From: an uncultured Nitrososphaeraceae archaeon
GTDB taxonomy: Archaea > Thermoproteota > Nitrososphaeria > Nitrososphaerales > Nitrososphaeraceae
Length of the DNA stretch: 64,000 bases
Assembly (NCBI GenBank): GCA_963825865.1
Contig: CAWGVG010000008.1
Coordinates: 32,001 to 96,000 of the forward strand
Direction of reading: 5' to 3'
In this document: piece after piece, positions 1 through 11,904 of the stretch
How positions within the stretch are numbered: position 1 is the first letter of the stretch
Layout: every line of letters begins with the position of its first letter
Made by a program: the position numbers and the translations under genes
Notes under the pieces: generated by a model
Told to the model about the DNA's origin: nothing
The model's database searches: none
What the model saw: only the letters and a program-made list of their open reading frames with translations

Positions 1-1040
1 TGATTTGCTAAAAGTGCAATCAGTGATAACTTTGTTTATGCTATCTTTTACTAATTTATTGAAAAGTTTTTGAGCTTCGTCTACTATCAGAGCCATATTA
101 GCTTCCGTATTATAGTCTGGTGATGAGTCTGTTGTGATTGTTGTTGTATTCGTCCTCCATACATATAGGAGGCAGTGTAATCCTGGCCATCACTGTTGTA
201 ACAATCTATTATTGAAGGAAGCATATTGTAAAAAAGTGACGTAAATCTTTCTGGGTTATTTGTTATGGACTCAGTTATTGACAAAAGCGCATATCTTAGC
301 AACACTTTTACGTTTGAAATAACACCAAGTACTTCTTCTCCAACAGATTTTATGACTTTGAAATATTCTTCGTTATTGTCCTGAAAGTCATTTACAAGTG
401 CTTCTAGATTCATCTTTTTTTGGTGTAGCTCAGCCATGTGTCTCTTTTCTTGTTCACAGGATAAACTACAAGAGTCCAATGTATTCTGTAAATCTGATAT
501 ATGGTCGCTCAACTCCTGAAGAGTTCTGGCTGAATTCTGATTACCTGGCTTGTAAGGATGCTTCTTCTCTTTTGAGCTTTTCACACCTATATTCCACTGA
601 TGATAGATCATCATTAGCAATTGTAAGAAGTCTGACCACCTGTTGTGCATCCATACGTGCCACCTTAGACAAAATGTACAAATTTACAAAAGGGTCAATG
701 TCATCTTTAATTTTATCATAAATCCGACAAAGACTGTCAAGCTGAGTTAAGCTTGCAGTACTCCATATAGTATTTGTTTACTTCAGGCTCTCTTAGGTTC
801 AATGCAATAGCTACTTGTGCCAGAGATTCTACGTTCAGAAAATAGCTTGTAAGCTTGAGAGGATATAGACATCTTTTCTGTATTGCTCTCCCTGGGCTTT
901 ATTCTCTTTCTCTGCTTTTTTCAGAATGGCTCCTATCGCGCTAAATGACATCCTGGCTTCTTCAGCTATCTCACGTGTGTTTTTACCTTGATTGTATAAT
1001 CTAGAACAAGTCTTTCCCTTTGCTGTCTTGTTAATACCAT
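1..1040 (-). pseudogene. HTH/coiled-coil protein of a multi-copy Nitrososphaera family, frameshifted, runs off window start
   Basis: ATG at 1040 gives MVLTRQQRERLVLD-[fs]-YNQGKNTREIAEEARMSFSAIGAILKK (HTH); continues in ORF 87..650. Confidence 0.65.
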
Positions 1041-1082
1041 CTAACTTGTTTAATATATACACAATAAAAATAAAACAAAGAG

Positions 1083-1163
1083 CTGCTACCACCTGCTACC
1101 AATGTTGTTTCTCCTGCTCCCTCCTTATTACTGCCTGTTTTCATCTGTTTCCACCTGCTACCA
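1083..1163. repeat. Short direct repeats CTGCTACCA x3 upstream of the HTH gene
   Basis: Copies at 1083, 1093, 1155; CCACCTGCTACCA is identical at 1089 and 1151. Confidence 0.7.
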
Positions 1164-1354
1164 GTTATTTCTAGTTTGAACTTAATATGCTAGCGATGTG
1201 TGTTGATCAGATAGACTAATCTTCATTATGACATACTCACAGAAAACACTAACTCCATTTGTGTCACTTATTTTTCACAATAAGAATCTTGTCAGTCCTG
1301 ATGATTTATGCAAGCAAATCAAATGTGAAAAATGTATATACACATGATCTGTAT

Positions 1355-2232
1355 TGACTAACTTAAGATAGAAATCCTCGGAGATTCTCCACAAACAAGA
1401 GGAAAAACCTTTGAAAGACTGATGGTAATAATACTTGATAAATTAGGTTACATTGACTTTATGCCTAATGTACGAACTACTGGCATGGAGCTTGATATAC
1501 TTGCAAAACACAAGGTTACTAAAGAGCAAATTTTATGTGAATGCAAGGCGCATGATCATGAAATAGGGCCACAAGATCTCAACGACTTCTTTGGAAAACT
1601 TAATCATCAGCGTTCTAATAATCCATCTCTTAATGGTCTATTCTTCTCAGTTTCGGGCTTCTCAGGCAGTGCTATAAAATATCACAGAGAACTAAGTGAT
1701 ACTGACAAAGAGAATTTTAGAATATATGGAAATAGTGAAATAATAGATATTCTGAGAAACGCCAACCTATTTGCTTCGGATGAAAAACTCGACAACAAAA
1801 TCAAAGATAATGCAGCAGATTATTCCATCGGGGAAAGATATATTGTGTACTCTTGAATCAGGAATTTATGTAATTCAGTTATTACTAATTGGTGGAAAGC
1901 CCCATAGTTACATTATTCTTACAAGAGAAGGAGATCTGGTCGATAAAACTATACAAGATGAAATTGCAAGACTAGACAGTACTATAAACTCTCTAACTAT
2001 AATTGACTTACCAATTTTGGAAAAGATAATACTCAACCTACTTGATTTCAACAAAAAGACATCAAGCCAAGTTTCACAGGAAATTGTACAAACAAGGCAA
2101 GATGTTGAAGTTGCTCTGCAAGAACTAATACATCAGAAAATAGTTTGTGAAGAATCACTATCTAACTCAGAGAGACTAATTGGTATTAATAGAGATCTAG
2201 AGACGCTTACAAAACTAGTGAAAAAATTCTAA
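1355..2232 (+). CDS. Mrr-like PD-(D/E)XK restriction endonuclease domain protein, split at ~1850, C-terminus probably truncated
   Basis: RGKTFERLM..LGY..ELDILA..LCECKAH..FFSVSGFS motif; removing one base after GTAC at 1847 joins ORFs 1422..1856 and 1771..2232 (IVYLESG). Confidence 0.7.
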
Positions 2233-2260
2233 TAGCAAAGCAGGAGTTTCATCTTATGTA

Positions 2261-2996
2261 GCCATATTTGAGAATCTTTGGGTACAATCTGATTTGTATG
2301 AGCAGCTAAAAATCAATGATAAGATGCAAAAGGAGTTTATCAATATAGCAGCCCATGAATTACGAACTCCCATTCAACCAATACTTGGCTTAACACAAGT
2401 TCTTTAATAAAATAAAAGATAGTGAACATCTTGAATTACTAGAAGTCGTCATTAAGAATGCAAGAAGGTTGCAGAGACTTACTGAAGATATTTTAGATGT
2501 TACAAAAATAGAAAGCCAATCACTAAATCTTAGGAAAGAAAAACTAAACCTAAATGATATGGTGGCAGTGGCTCTAGATGACTATAAGGATGAAATTGGA
2601 AAAACTAATGGTAAGTTGAAATTAGTGTACGAAGATAAAGAAAATGATAATACTCTTATTGTGGAAGCAGACAAAAATAGACTTTTCCAGGTTTTGGGTA
2701 ATCTGTTAGCTAATGCAGTTAAATTCACCAAAGAAGGAGATATATCTGTGTCGATAGAAAAAAAAGACACTCAGGCTATAGTTAGTATAAAGGATACAGG
2801 TACAGGAATAGATCCTGAAATATATTCGAGGTTATTTACAAAGTTTACATCAAAATCCGTTACAGGTACCGGCTTAGGGTTGTATGTATCAAAGGGTATT
2901 GTAGAAGCTCATGGTGGTAGAATATGGGCTGAGAACAATGCTGATGGCAGAAAAGGTGCTACATTTTACTTTAGCCTACCGTTAAGGAAACAGTAG
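2261..2996 (+). pseudogene. Histidine kinase C-terminal fragment (HisKA + HATPase)
   Basis: EFINIAAHELRTP H-box, NLLANAVKF, DTGTGI, GTGLGL; no start codon or sensor domain; paralog of 54351..56222. Confidence 0.85.
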
Positions 2997-3057
2997 ATAT
3001 GATTTATTAATTTTAATAACATAGTGATTAATACTATAGTGATAAGGAAGCCTTTTT

Positions 3058-3261
3058 ACAACTCTTCTGCCAGATATCCTAGACTACGATTACTCCATTT
3101 CCGAAGGTATCGTAATGGTCGGAAGCTTAACTGACGATATTATCGATATCCAACTGGCCGTCTTAACGAATGGACGAGTGACTACGGACAAAGTAGGCCC
3201 CCATCAAGACCTGCTTGCAACGTCCCCTTATTTAGGCTCTCCACATCCAAATGCCAGCTAA
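3058..3261 (+). pseudogene. DUF4331-like C-terminal fragment
   Basis: Manual translation across frameshifts: LLPDILDYD..RNGRKL/TDDIIDIQLAVLTNGRVTTDKVGPHQDLL..PYLGSPH*. Confidence 0.55.
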
Positions 3262-3655
3262 CTGCACTCCACTTCCTTCCAGAGAGGATATTGCAATGCT
3301 GAAGTTTTTTTTGCCAATGCAAAATACCAAATGAAGTTTCAACGTTACTTACCCAGGGAAAATCAGGACTATCAAATTTTTTACAACTATATTCTAGATT
3401 TCTGATAACATTCAACGTATGAGGCAAAGCATGATACTTTAATCCAAGCGCCATACTTGATAGATTGAGCTTGGAAATGTGACCAGATCTAGAAAGAATA
3501 TATAGTTTGTTGACCGGGAGGCCAACAATACTTTCATCCTTAAGAGCCTCTACAATCCTATTTTGCTTGTCTATTATCTTATCAATTTCTTGTGAATAAT
3601 AGGAGAACTTTTGATTAAGCATTTTCATATACATATACTCGGTGCTAAATAACAC
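3262..3655 (-). pseudogene. Hypothetical protein fragment
   Basis: Part of ORF 3182..3655; no motif recognised. Confidence 0.3.
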
Positions 3656-3864
3656 AAATATTGCTACTTAGATTTTCTATTGCTTTAATTTTGTATCCTG
3701 ATACTGCGTTAGTGAAAGGTTTTTTTACATTACTGTAGCTATTCTTATTATTGGTAATAGTATAGAACTTTTATTATATCAAAATGATCCTTTTTTACAA
3801 CCAAATCAAATAGTCGATTGCTGCGACGATGGTTATACCCAAATGGATAAAGAACTCAATATTA

Positions 3865-4025
3865 CCAACATTGCATAACATTCTTTTGCTAAGGCTAAAG
3901 CTTTGATCTTGTCACTCATTATACTGTTGTCTGTCTGGGACAAAGTCCACGCTTCTTTTAGAATACTGTTTAACCTACCAAGACATCTCATACTCTTCTG
4001 GCAGCCTTTCATCAATGTATCTCTT
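3865..4025 (-). pseudogene. Fragment of Nitrososphaera HTH/terminase-small-subunit-like family
   Basis: YIDERLPEEYE..LNSILKEAWTLSQ..DKIKALALAKECYAM. Confidence 0.55.
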
Positions 4026-4336
4026 CTCTTCTCATCCTTTTCTTTGATTATTTAAGAGCGTGGCACTTAATCTCTAGCGTTATGCCAGAGGTTGTACTAT
4101 AGGGGATTAAAATCAGACATCATCTAAAAGAGAACTTCTACTATTAGATTTGTATATCATATATCAAGAAGTTACTTACAGTGGCTGTAACTAGTCAGTG
4201 ATAATTTACAATACTAGTAGTACTATCATCTAAATCTAAGTATATCTGTCTACAAGTTCTACACTTCAGCTAGCTACTTTACCGGCTCTATTTAGGTAGT
4301 TTTTGCAACAATCATCTGAGCAGAAGAATAGAACTC

Positions 4337-4381
4337 CCTTACTGGAGCTTGAGTACCTTACTGGAGCTTGAGGACCTTACT
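4337..4381. repeat. Tandem repeat, 19-bp period, ~2.4 copies
   Basis: CCTTACTGGAGCTTGAG at 4337 and 4356; partial copy at 4375. Confidence 0.85.
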
Positions 4382-4501
4382 CCTTCAACTAGATCATTAA
4401 ACTCTTTTCCGCATGAATTACAAAGTATGTACATATTTTATCTTGTGTATACTCTAAGAGTATCTATAAAGCCACCTATATACAGTTGTATCACCATTTA
4501 A

Positions 4502-4759
<258 letters not shown>

Positions 4760-4883
4760 GTGATTCTTTTGAGCTAGTTCGTGTATTCCATACAGTGCGT
4801 AGTTAATAGTAACATTACCTTCCCCCAGCATGGGAAATACATACGCCACTGAGTTAATATATTTTAGATTGGTTCACACTTAC

Positions 4884-5258
4884 ATGAAGTTTGGCTTACA
4901 ACACCCAATTTTTAGTTTCGATTATAGTAACCATAATAATACTTCTCAGATTGTTGATTCCTTAAAGAATCTTGTTACAAGAGCAGAAAATATAGGTTTT
5001 GATTCGTTTTGGGTAATGGATCATTTCCATCAGATTCCGTTTATAGGAAAACCAGAAGAACCTATGCTTGAAGGTTGGACAACTCTATCTGTACTTGCAG
5101 GCATAACCTCAAAAATAAAGCTGGGAACGCTTGTTACAGGTGTAATATACAGATATCCATCAGTTTTAGCAAAAATTGCTGCCACACTAGACGTGCTAAG
5201 TAAAGGAAGACTGTTTATGGGAATAGGTGCTTCTTATTTTGAAGGGGAGATCAGCTAA
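4884..5258 (+). pseudogene. LLM-class F420-dependent oxidoreductase, N-terminal part only
   Basis: GFDSFWVMDHF..EGWTTLSVLAGITSKIKLGTLVTG..LDVLSKGRL; ends abruptly. Confidence 0.85.
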
Positions 5259-6048
5259 AGAAAATGTGGAGATAATATTTTCTGCAGCCAATGCATTCCA
5301 TATTCTATTCATATTTGAAAATGCTAGATCAATGGCTTGATACATACAAGAAATTCCGTAAGAGGTAATTAGGGTCTTTGTAAACGAGGAGTTGTTTCTT
5401 ACTAAATAATCAGAACGTTATTCATCATTATATGTTTTCTAATTTATGCAATTTACTGTAAATGCTTTGGGAACAACAATCGAAAAGCATATAGCTAAAA
5501 ATATAAAATAAATATGGTATTACTAATGAATAACGTTAAGAAAACATTGTCTTCCAAATCAGAATCAGAAATCTCATACCTGTAGCAATAAAAAAGATGA
5601 TTTTGTTACAATAACAGAAAAAATAAAACTAAAAAAGGATCAATACGAAATCCTAAAAATTATTTGTAATACATATCAGACTTCCCTTTCAGAATACATG
5701 CAAGAAGCATTAATTGAAGCAATGAAATTTGATATAGAAGAAGGTAACTTTTGCGATATTCTACTAGAGAAGATAGACGACGGTGACAAAAGTAAGAATA
5801 ATTCTGTTCCTTCTTCCCCTGTTCCCGGGGTTAGGTCCCTGCATATAGAGGGGTTCAATAGTCTAACGTATTAAGATTATTTTTCTTTTTCTGGAATAGA
5901 TCAAATCATTTGATCCTGTTGAATCTTTAGGTGTTATTTCAGTTGATTAAAAACAGTTGGTAAATCTAGTTCTGTCAAAAACTAAACTAAAAACTACTGA
6001 GCTAAAAAAACAAACATGTTTAAATAATAATCTCAGGATGTTAAGGCT

Positions 6049-6285
6049 ATGCCAAAGTTCCTTGATGCTCATCCTCTGAAAGGTGTTGATGAAGAAACTT
6101 TAAGAAAAGCACAAAACTCTCCTAAAGATGAATTTGGAATCACACACGAGAACATGCTTTATAACAAAGAAGAAGACAAATGGTTTTGTCTCCTAGATGC
6201 TCCAAGTAAAGAAGCAGTTGAAAAGCATCACCAGAAAGCTGGTATCACCCCCGAATGGATTACAGAGGTAAAAACAACGACTTAA
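6049..6285 (+). CDS. DUF4242 (SCO4226-like) small protein
   Basis: MPKFLDAH..FCLLDAPSKEAVEKHH..WITEV. Confidence 0.75.
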   Translation: MPKFLDAHPLKGVDEETLRKAQNSPKDEFGITHENMLYNKEEDKWFCLLDAPSKEAVEKHHQKAGITPEWITEVKTTT

Positions 6286-6558
6286 AGAAAGATACTATAA
6301 GCATATATCAGAAAAATAACAAAAGCTATTGCTGGATATAACATGTGATATATTTTTTAGTTTTCAGCATCCTTTATTTTAGCCAATGACAAGGCTTGTA
6401 TTCTTTCTCTGGCATCTTACTGCGTATTAGATTTATCATAGTGCATCAATCAATAACTTCTGTGTGTAATGTTACTTCATAAAAGTTACTTTATGCATTT
6501 CAGGATTATATTAAAAAAGAGTTAACTGTTAAAGTAAAGGCAGAAGCTGTTTAACAGT

Positions 6559-6871
6559 ATGAACAAATCGACAATTATAGAAGAAATGCAGCAAATCAGA
6601 CGGTTAAGAATAATGGGTACACCACATGATCAAATCAAAAAGAGATTAAAGCTATCTAATCCTCAATATGCAAAACGAGTTGCAAACATAAACAAAATAG
6701 ACAAAGAGTATATAGAAAACGAATTCCATGAAGAACTAGGCTCTGAAATACTAAACACGAAAGGCAGAATAGAATCTGTAATCCGAATGTGTGACCGTAT
6801 GATGTCAGATGACAATAGCGATCCCTTTGCAAGACTAGACGCAGGTAGATTAACTATACATTGTTCAATTG
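6559..6871 (+). pseudogene. HTH terminase-small-subunit-like protein truncated by an IS6 end
   Basis: HTH-like N-terminus; RLDAGRLTIHCSIE aligns with RIEAERLKIEASIA (29915); cut at the IS end at 6872. Confidence 0.5.
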
Positions 6872-6985
6872 AGCTCTGTTCAATTGACCATACTTTCAAC
6901 AATCATTTTGTTATGCATATAGACACAAACAAATTCAGCCAATTCATTACATGCTCTAATTTGCAGTTATATTTTCTTCTTTCAT
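6872..6985 (-). mobile_element. IS6-family remnant (terminal repeat + transposase C-terminus)
   Basis: AGCTCTGTTCAA end; minus strand RRKYNCKLEHVMNWLNLFV resembles CRKKVVDCNLIHVYQWLILF of the IS6 at 9206. Confidence 0.65.
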
Positions 6986-7046
6986 TATTAATCATACTTA
7001 CTGCTATCTTCAAAACGATAAAACTTCAAACCATAAGTGTTAAAAA

Positions 7047-7595
7047 TTAAGAGCACTTGTAATCAGACAATATCATGCCAAAAGTGCATTTTATTTCCAC
7101 ATGTTTTTCAGTATGACTAGTAAAAGATGCAGCTGCTGCTGTAATAGCGTCTTGGATTTCATTTGTAATCTTTTGATTTATTAAATCCTTGCTCACAAAG
7201 GGATTGGGAAGGCTTGGTTGAGCAGCAGAAGGAGAAGTTGTACTGAGTGTTTGGCTGCTACTGCTGTTTACTATGTATCCTATGTTAGGATTCTTGTTAA
7301 AATCATCTACTATTGTTGAAGTTATCAAGTTCTTCGAATCACTCAAAGAAGAGATTTTACCAGCTATACTATAGTTAGCACTGAATCTGTCAAGTTGAAC
7401 AGATGTTGAGGGGATTGAATATACACTGCTTAAATTAGTTGTTATTGTTATATTGGGTAGTTTGTTTGGAGATTGTATAGACTGAGGTGCAGGCTTTGTA
7501 TTATTATTCAAAGCGTAGACGTTATCTACCCAAAGTAACCCTAAAAATAGAGCCGACATTGTCAAGGCTATAATCGCCGGGTGCCTCAATATCAT
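7047..7595 (-). CDS. Secreted hypothetical protein
   Basis: Signal peptide ending VYA; Ser/Thr/Asn-rich; 182-aa ORF. Confidence 0.6.
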   Translation of the reverse strand: MILRHPAIIALTMSALFLGLLWVDNVYALNNNTKPAPQSIQSPNKLPNITITTNLSSVYSIPSTSVQLDRFSANYSIAGKISSLSDSKNLITSTIVDDFNKNPNIGYIVNSSSSQTLSTTSPSAAQPSLPNPFVSKDLINQKITNEIQDAITAAAASFTSHTEKHVEIKCTFGMILSDYKCS

Positions 7596-7796
7596 ATATC
7601 ATGTTACCTATAAGTCTTATACTTAAGTTATCAGTAAGTTGGTTCTGAATATTGTTATAAGTGCATTTTATTTTGTTTACCAATTGCTGTGTGGCCTATC
7701 ATATCGAAATAATTTGAGGAGTACTCTGTATTCAGTACTGGACTGGCTAGTGTATTAGCTGCACTGGTGTAATTTGGTACTCGCCTTTCAACAGTG

Positions 7797-8204
7797 TAGT
7801 AACAATGCACATATGGCTATTTCTGTAATCGTCATTTCTCAAGCACAGCCATGCCATCAGCCTAAGAAAAAATTCTGTAACTCCAAGTCCAGTACTCTTC
7901 TTTACCCATAAATGCTTGTGTTTGAAGTTATGATTTAGAATGTTAGAATGCCCGTTACCTAAAATGGAGTCGTATAACAGTTTTTCGTAGTCAAATAATG
8001 GCTTTTCTATTCTTCCCTTGGTAGGTAACCCAATAATATGATTAAAGCAGCAGTCTCCTTTTGTATTGACATCTTCTTGCTTGTGCTCTTCTACATTCCA
8101 GATCCAAAAAGGCTTATCTCTAGTATTTCGAATAGATCATTGTTTGAATTTCGTTGTTGCTCTTGCTGTGATTGTTGAACTAGCTTTTGTAAATCTTTGA
8201 ACAT
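7797..8204 (-). pseudogene. Terminase large subunit-like ATPase, N-terminal fragment
   Basis: Manual translation: MFKDLQK..KPFWIWNVEEHKQED..DCCFNHIIGLP..LFDYEKLLYD..HKHLWVKKSTGLGVTEFFLRLMAWLC..MCIVT, then a break. Confidence 0.7.
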
Positions 8205-8329
8205 CGCTTGAACATTATTACTAGGTCAGAGTTAGCTTTAGATTTTACTAAGAATTTTAAAAAATACGTACTCAAACCACAGTGGTATTGAAATACACCA
8301 TAAGATGGTCGTAGTGGTATTAAAGTTCC

Positions 8330-8743
8330 TTAAACATATCTAACGGCTTTCTGTTCAGCTTGTTTTAACTCACTTCTTGTTTTTCTTGCCCTAAATCCCT
8401 CAACCTCAAGTCTAAAGATATTTGTTGCAATCATCGCCGCTACCTCTGTAGCGTTGGCTACATCGTGAAGCTTTGTGTTCCGATTAGTTGCTCTTTGCTC
8501 AAGGTTTCTAAAGAGTCGAGTGTATCTATCTTTGAGGATCTCCGCTTCAAATTCTAACACTTGCTCTGTCTTTTTCTCGGCAATATTCCCAAACATACTG
8601 CAGACTTTGGTTTTATAATAGTAGAACGTCCTTCGCTTGAGATTTAAATCCTGCATTATCTGTTTATCCGTATATCCTGCTGCCAGTTTCTTGGCTAGCT
8701 CTTCAAGATCATGATGTATTTGCGCTGCTGGTTTTTTGGCCAT
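8330..8743 (-). CDS. HTH protein, putative terminase small subunit
   Basis: GYTDKQIMQDLNLKRRTFYYY HTH; directly upstream of and co-oriented with the TerL-like fragment. Confidence 0.55.
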   Translation of the reverse strand: MAKKPAAQIHHDLEELAKKLAAGYTDKQIMQDLNLKRRTFYYYKTKVCSMFGNIAEKKTEQVLEFEAEILKDRYTRLFRNLEQRATNRNTKLHDVANATEVAAMIATNIFRLEVEGFRARKTRSELKQAEQKAVRYV

Positions 8744-8778
8744 ATCCTTCTCTATATCTAACTATATACCTCTCTAAT

Positions 8779-8801
8779 AAGTGCAAATAAAGTGCAAATA
8801 A
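8779..8801. repeat. 11-bp-period direct repeat AAGTGCAAATA x2
   Basis: Lies between the divergent TerS-like and PDZ genes. Confidence 0.7.
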
Positions 8802-9205
8802 AAAATATATGGATATTCTTGTCTGTAGCCATATACATTTTTGCTCTAATACCGATATGTTATCGACAATCCTATAAATATGAACTCACATAATTTTATT
8901 ATGTTGGTATTCTTTAGGAAAGGTGCATTGATCTTTTCTAGACTAATGCTTGCTGTCGTTATGGTATCGTTCCTAATGTTTTTCTTATCATCTACTATAG
9001 TGTTAGCCCAGCAACAGCAGCAAATACAACAACAGGAGCAGAGACCTTGGATTGGAATAGCAGGGATTGATATGACACCTAAAATTGCCGTTGCCATGGG
9101 AACAAACCAAACAAAAGGCTCTCTTGTAGCGCAGGTGACATATGGAAGTCCAGCTCAGGGTGCAGGAATAAGAGGTGGATATATCAATGCTATCGTTGAC
9201 GGAGC

Positions 9206-9940
9206 GGTGCTGTTAAGGCTCCTTTCCACCTTTTATCAAGAACTTAATAATGTTTATTTTAGATTGTGATTTTGATAAATTATATAAGAATATGAACAAT
9301 ATCAGCCATTGGTAAACATGAATTAGATTACAATCGACTACTTTCTTCCTACACGGGTAATAATCATCAAAACCTTCGGTTCTATCCTTGACATATTCCA
9401 TAGCTCTCTAAATTATGCTTTTTTCAAATGGTGAATGGAGTATGTGTTTTAGTCCTAAAGAATTGCAAGATTCAGGATACCATGATCCGCCATCAGAATA
9501 GATAGACAACATGTTTTCCATAAAGCTTAATCAATGATTTCAGAAATGATTCAGCTACTAGCATATTCCTGTGTCTTGAAATATAAACTCAAGGATTCTA
9601 TGTCGAATTGGTTCTATTATTGCAACCCAAAGCCATGCGCCAGTATAGCCGATCTGAACCATTGTTTCGTCTATGATATATGCAGTTATCCTACTCTTCT
9701 TTTTATTTGGAAAAACATCCTTTGGATTGAATTCCTGTATCCAATACCATATTGCAACATAACTTCTATCTACAAATGGTTCTAATGCCTTTGAGGTATT
9801 TCTTGGACTTAATCCAAGAAAGTACAGGTACAAGGCATATCGGATAAGAAATGGTCTAGTTCTATTACGTTCAAACATTACCACATTATTCTTAATCTGA
9901 TTAAGCTTTAGCAGTTACCTTTGCTTAACTTAACAGCACC
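9206..9940 (-). mobile_element. IS6-family insertion sequence (735 bp)
   Basis: Perfect 12-bp TIR GGTGCTGTTAAG; 8-bp TSD GACGGAGC at 9198-9205 and 9941-9948. Confidence 0.92.
9213..9884 (-). CDS. IS6-family DDE transposase (frameshifted)
   Basis: YALYLYFLGLS..IDETMVQIG..WLWVAI..EP; SDGGSWY; KDRTEGFDDYYPC. Confidence 0.85.
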
Positions 9941-10447
9941 GACGGAGCACAAATACCGGTAGGCGGGGATATAATATTAAGAATAGATAACACAACAATT
10001 AACACAATAAATGACGTCAATTCGTATTTGAATACCAAAAAGGTCGGAGATACGGTGCAAGTAACTGTAGCCAGAGATAATGTCATCAAAAATATTGCTT
10101 TGACTCTTGCTGCCAATGCCTGGCCTTATCTCTCAGCCCCCTAAACCGCAACTACAACTACTTGGAATGAGTACATTTTATGATAATAACCAGTTCAGTC
10201 CTGGACTTCATATAGTCGGTGAAGTTCTGAATAATGGCACACAAACGGCTACATATGTTCAGGTATCAGCAACATTATATGACATTAACAGTCAGGTCGT
10301 TGGAATCGGTTCTGGCTCTACTATGCCATCAAGTATAGAACCAGGCAAGAAGGTACCGTTTGAAATAGTGGTATCTCGGGACAATGTCAAAGGAGGAGAT
10401 TTTAACAATGTTTATCATGTCAGTGTCCGAGTGCAACATAGCTAACT

Positions 10448-10666
10448 AAAGAAATAGAGTCATGGAAAGGTTTTGCAGATAGTTTGAATTCTCAAGAATA
10501 CAAGGAACTATTCAATAAAATGCTAAATGATTGCTACAAATATGCTGCCACTATTAATACTAAAATACAGCCATTCCCAACAGAACCATTAATCATGGCT
10601 TTACTACTGTAGCAGCATAAAATGATTGACTGGTTGACTTATCAAATCAAGCTCCGTCAAAAATGA
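10448..10666 (+). pseudogene. Remnant of a small Nitrososphaera multi-copy protein family
   Basis: KEIESWKGFADSL..LFNKMLNDCYKYA..PFPTEPLIMALLL*QHKMIDWL; internal stop. Confidence 0.45.
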
Positions 10667-10943
10667 GGGATTTTCGTTATGAGTCAAGGGCAATAACAAA
10701 ACCAAATTAAAGATAATAATAGCATAGAAATTATTCAAAATCCTACAGGTTCGATAAAACGAGCTTATGATTTTTCAGCTTCACCTACTATGTTAGCTTC
10801 AGTATTATAATCCGGTAATAGGTTCCTGTTGTTGTTCTAGTCCATACGTATAGGAAGCAGTATAATCCTGACTGCTATTGCTGCCTGTTTTTCTGGATGC
10901 TTTACCTGACGAGGCCAAGGATCTAAAGAAACAAAAAGCTGTA

Positions 10944-11588
10944 TCAGATATCATTGCTGGTGTCTCCTTCTCCACATTGCGTTAAATACGATAGAAAAAT
11001 TGTTTTTATATTTTCATGCATTAAATCTAAATTTTTCTTGATAGATTTTCTAATACACTCAAGTGACTTTACGTCTTGTCGGCCAACAAGATTAGTATTT
11101 GAATTGTTGCCGTAATCAATATTAAACTTAATCTTTTCTTCTAAAGCATATTTAGCATGATATATTTCTGTTGCATAGTTTTCAATCTTCTGGAGTAACC
11201 GTATCAATTCTTGATTTGAAATACCCTTGTTATCATTATCTAACAAAGCTTTCAAAATGTCATTCAAACCACCAGTTCGCATAAACTCATATTTAATAAT
11301 CTATACCTTAAATGTAGTTGTACCAGCAAGCTCTAATTCTTGTCGGGTCCTAAGAATACTGCAATTCAAGCTCATAATAATGGTTTAGCTTTAAGAATTG
11401 TGCTACAATCTATTATCTATTTTGTAATGGATTTCATCAACATAGTATGCTTTATCTATAAATGAGTATAATAGGTCTTTATCAGAGGAAGTTGTATCAT
11501 TCTTGAACACTTTTTTCTCATTCAAACCCTTTTTTTCGACATAATATATAAGAGATATTCCTCTCGCAAATATTATTTTAGATAGCAA
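10944..11588 (-). pseudogene. Degraded hypothetical gene
   Basis: Co-oriented ORFs 11403..11588 and 10944..11282 separated by stops. Confidence 0.35.
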
Positions 11589-11904
11589 TTCTGAAGTGTG
11601 ATTATAAATGCTTCCAAATGTAGGTTAACTTTGTTAACTAATCTTTTAATTATGTAATTATCCACGTGATTTACAATTAGGACAGCAGAAGTAGGATGGC
11701 ACCTCTGTGAGTTGATCAACTCCAAACTGAACCAACGTTACTATGGAATATTACTAATTTGTGTTATTAATTTTTGATTTAACTATGTTAAGTCAGATTT
11801 TTTTTAGGTGATAATAATAGTAGGTTATGGAAAATGGCGCGCCGAATTAATGAAAGGCTTTCTGCTTCAAGAATAGATATATTGCATTGTGATAACATAT
11901 AGAC

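Larger units (their letters stand above)
8880..10445 (+). pseudogene. Secreted PDZ + FxLYD-like domain protein interrupted by IS6
   Basis: RPWIGIAG..GSPAQGAGIRGG..VDGA|QIPVGGDIILRID rejoins across the IS; C-terminal HIVGEVLNNG..ATLYD. Confidence 0.8.

Noticed and set aside
4337-4381. Possible mini-CRISPR
   Set aside because: Only 2-bp gaps between repeats and no spacers; a simple tandem repeat
6559-8743. Intact provirus
   Set aside because: No capsid, portal, integrase or att sites recognised
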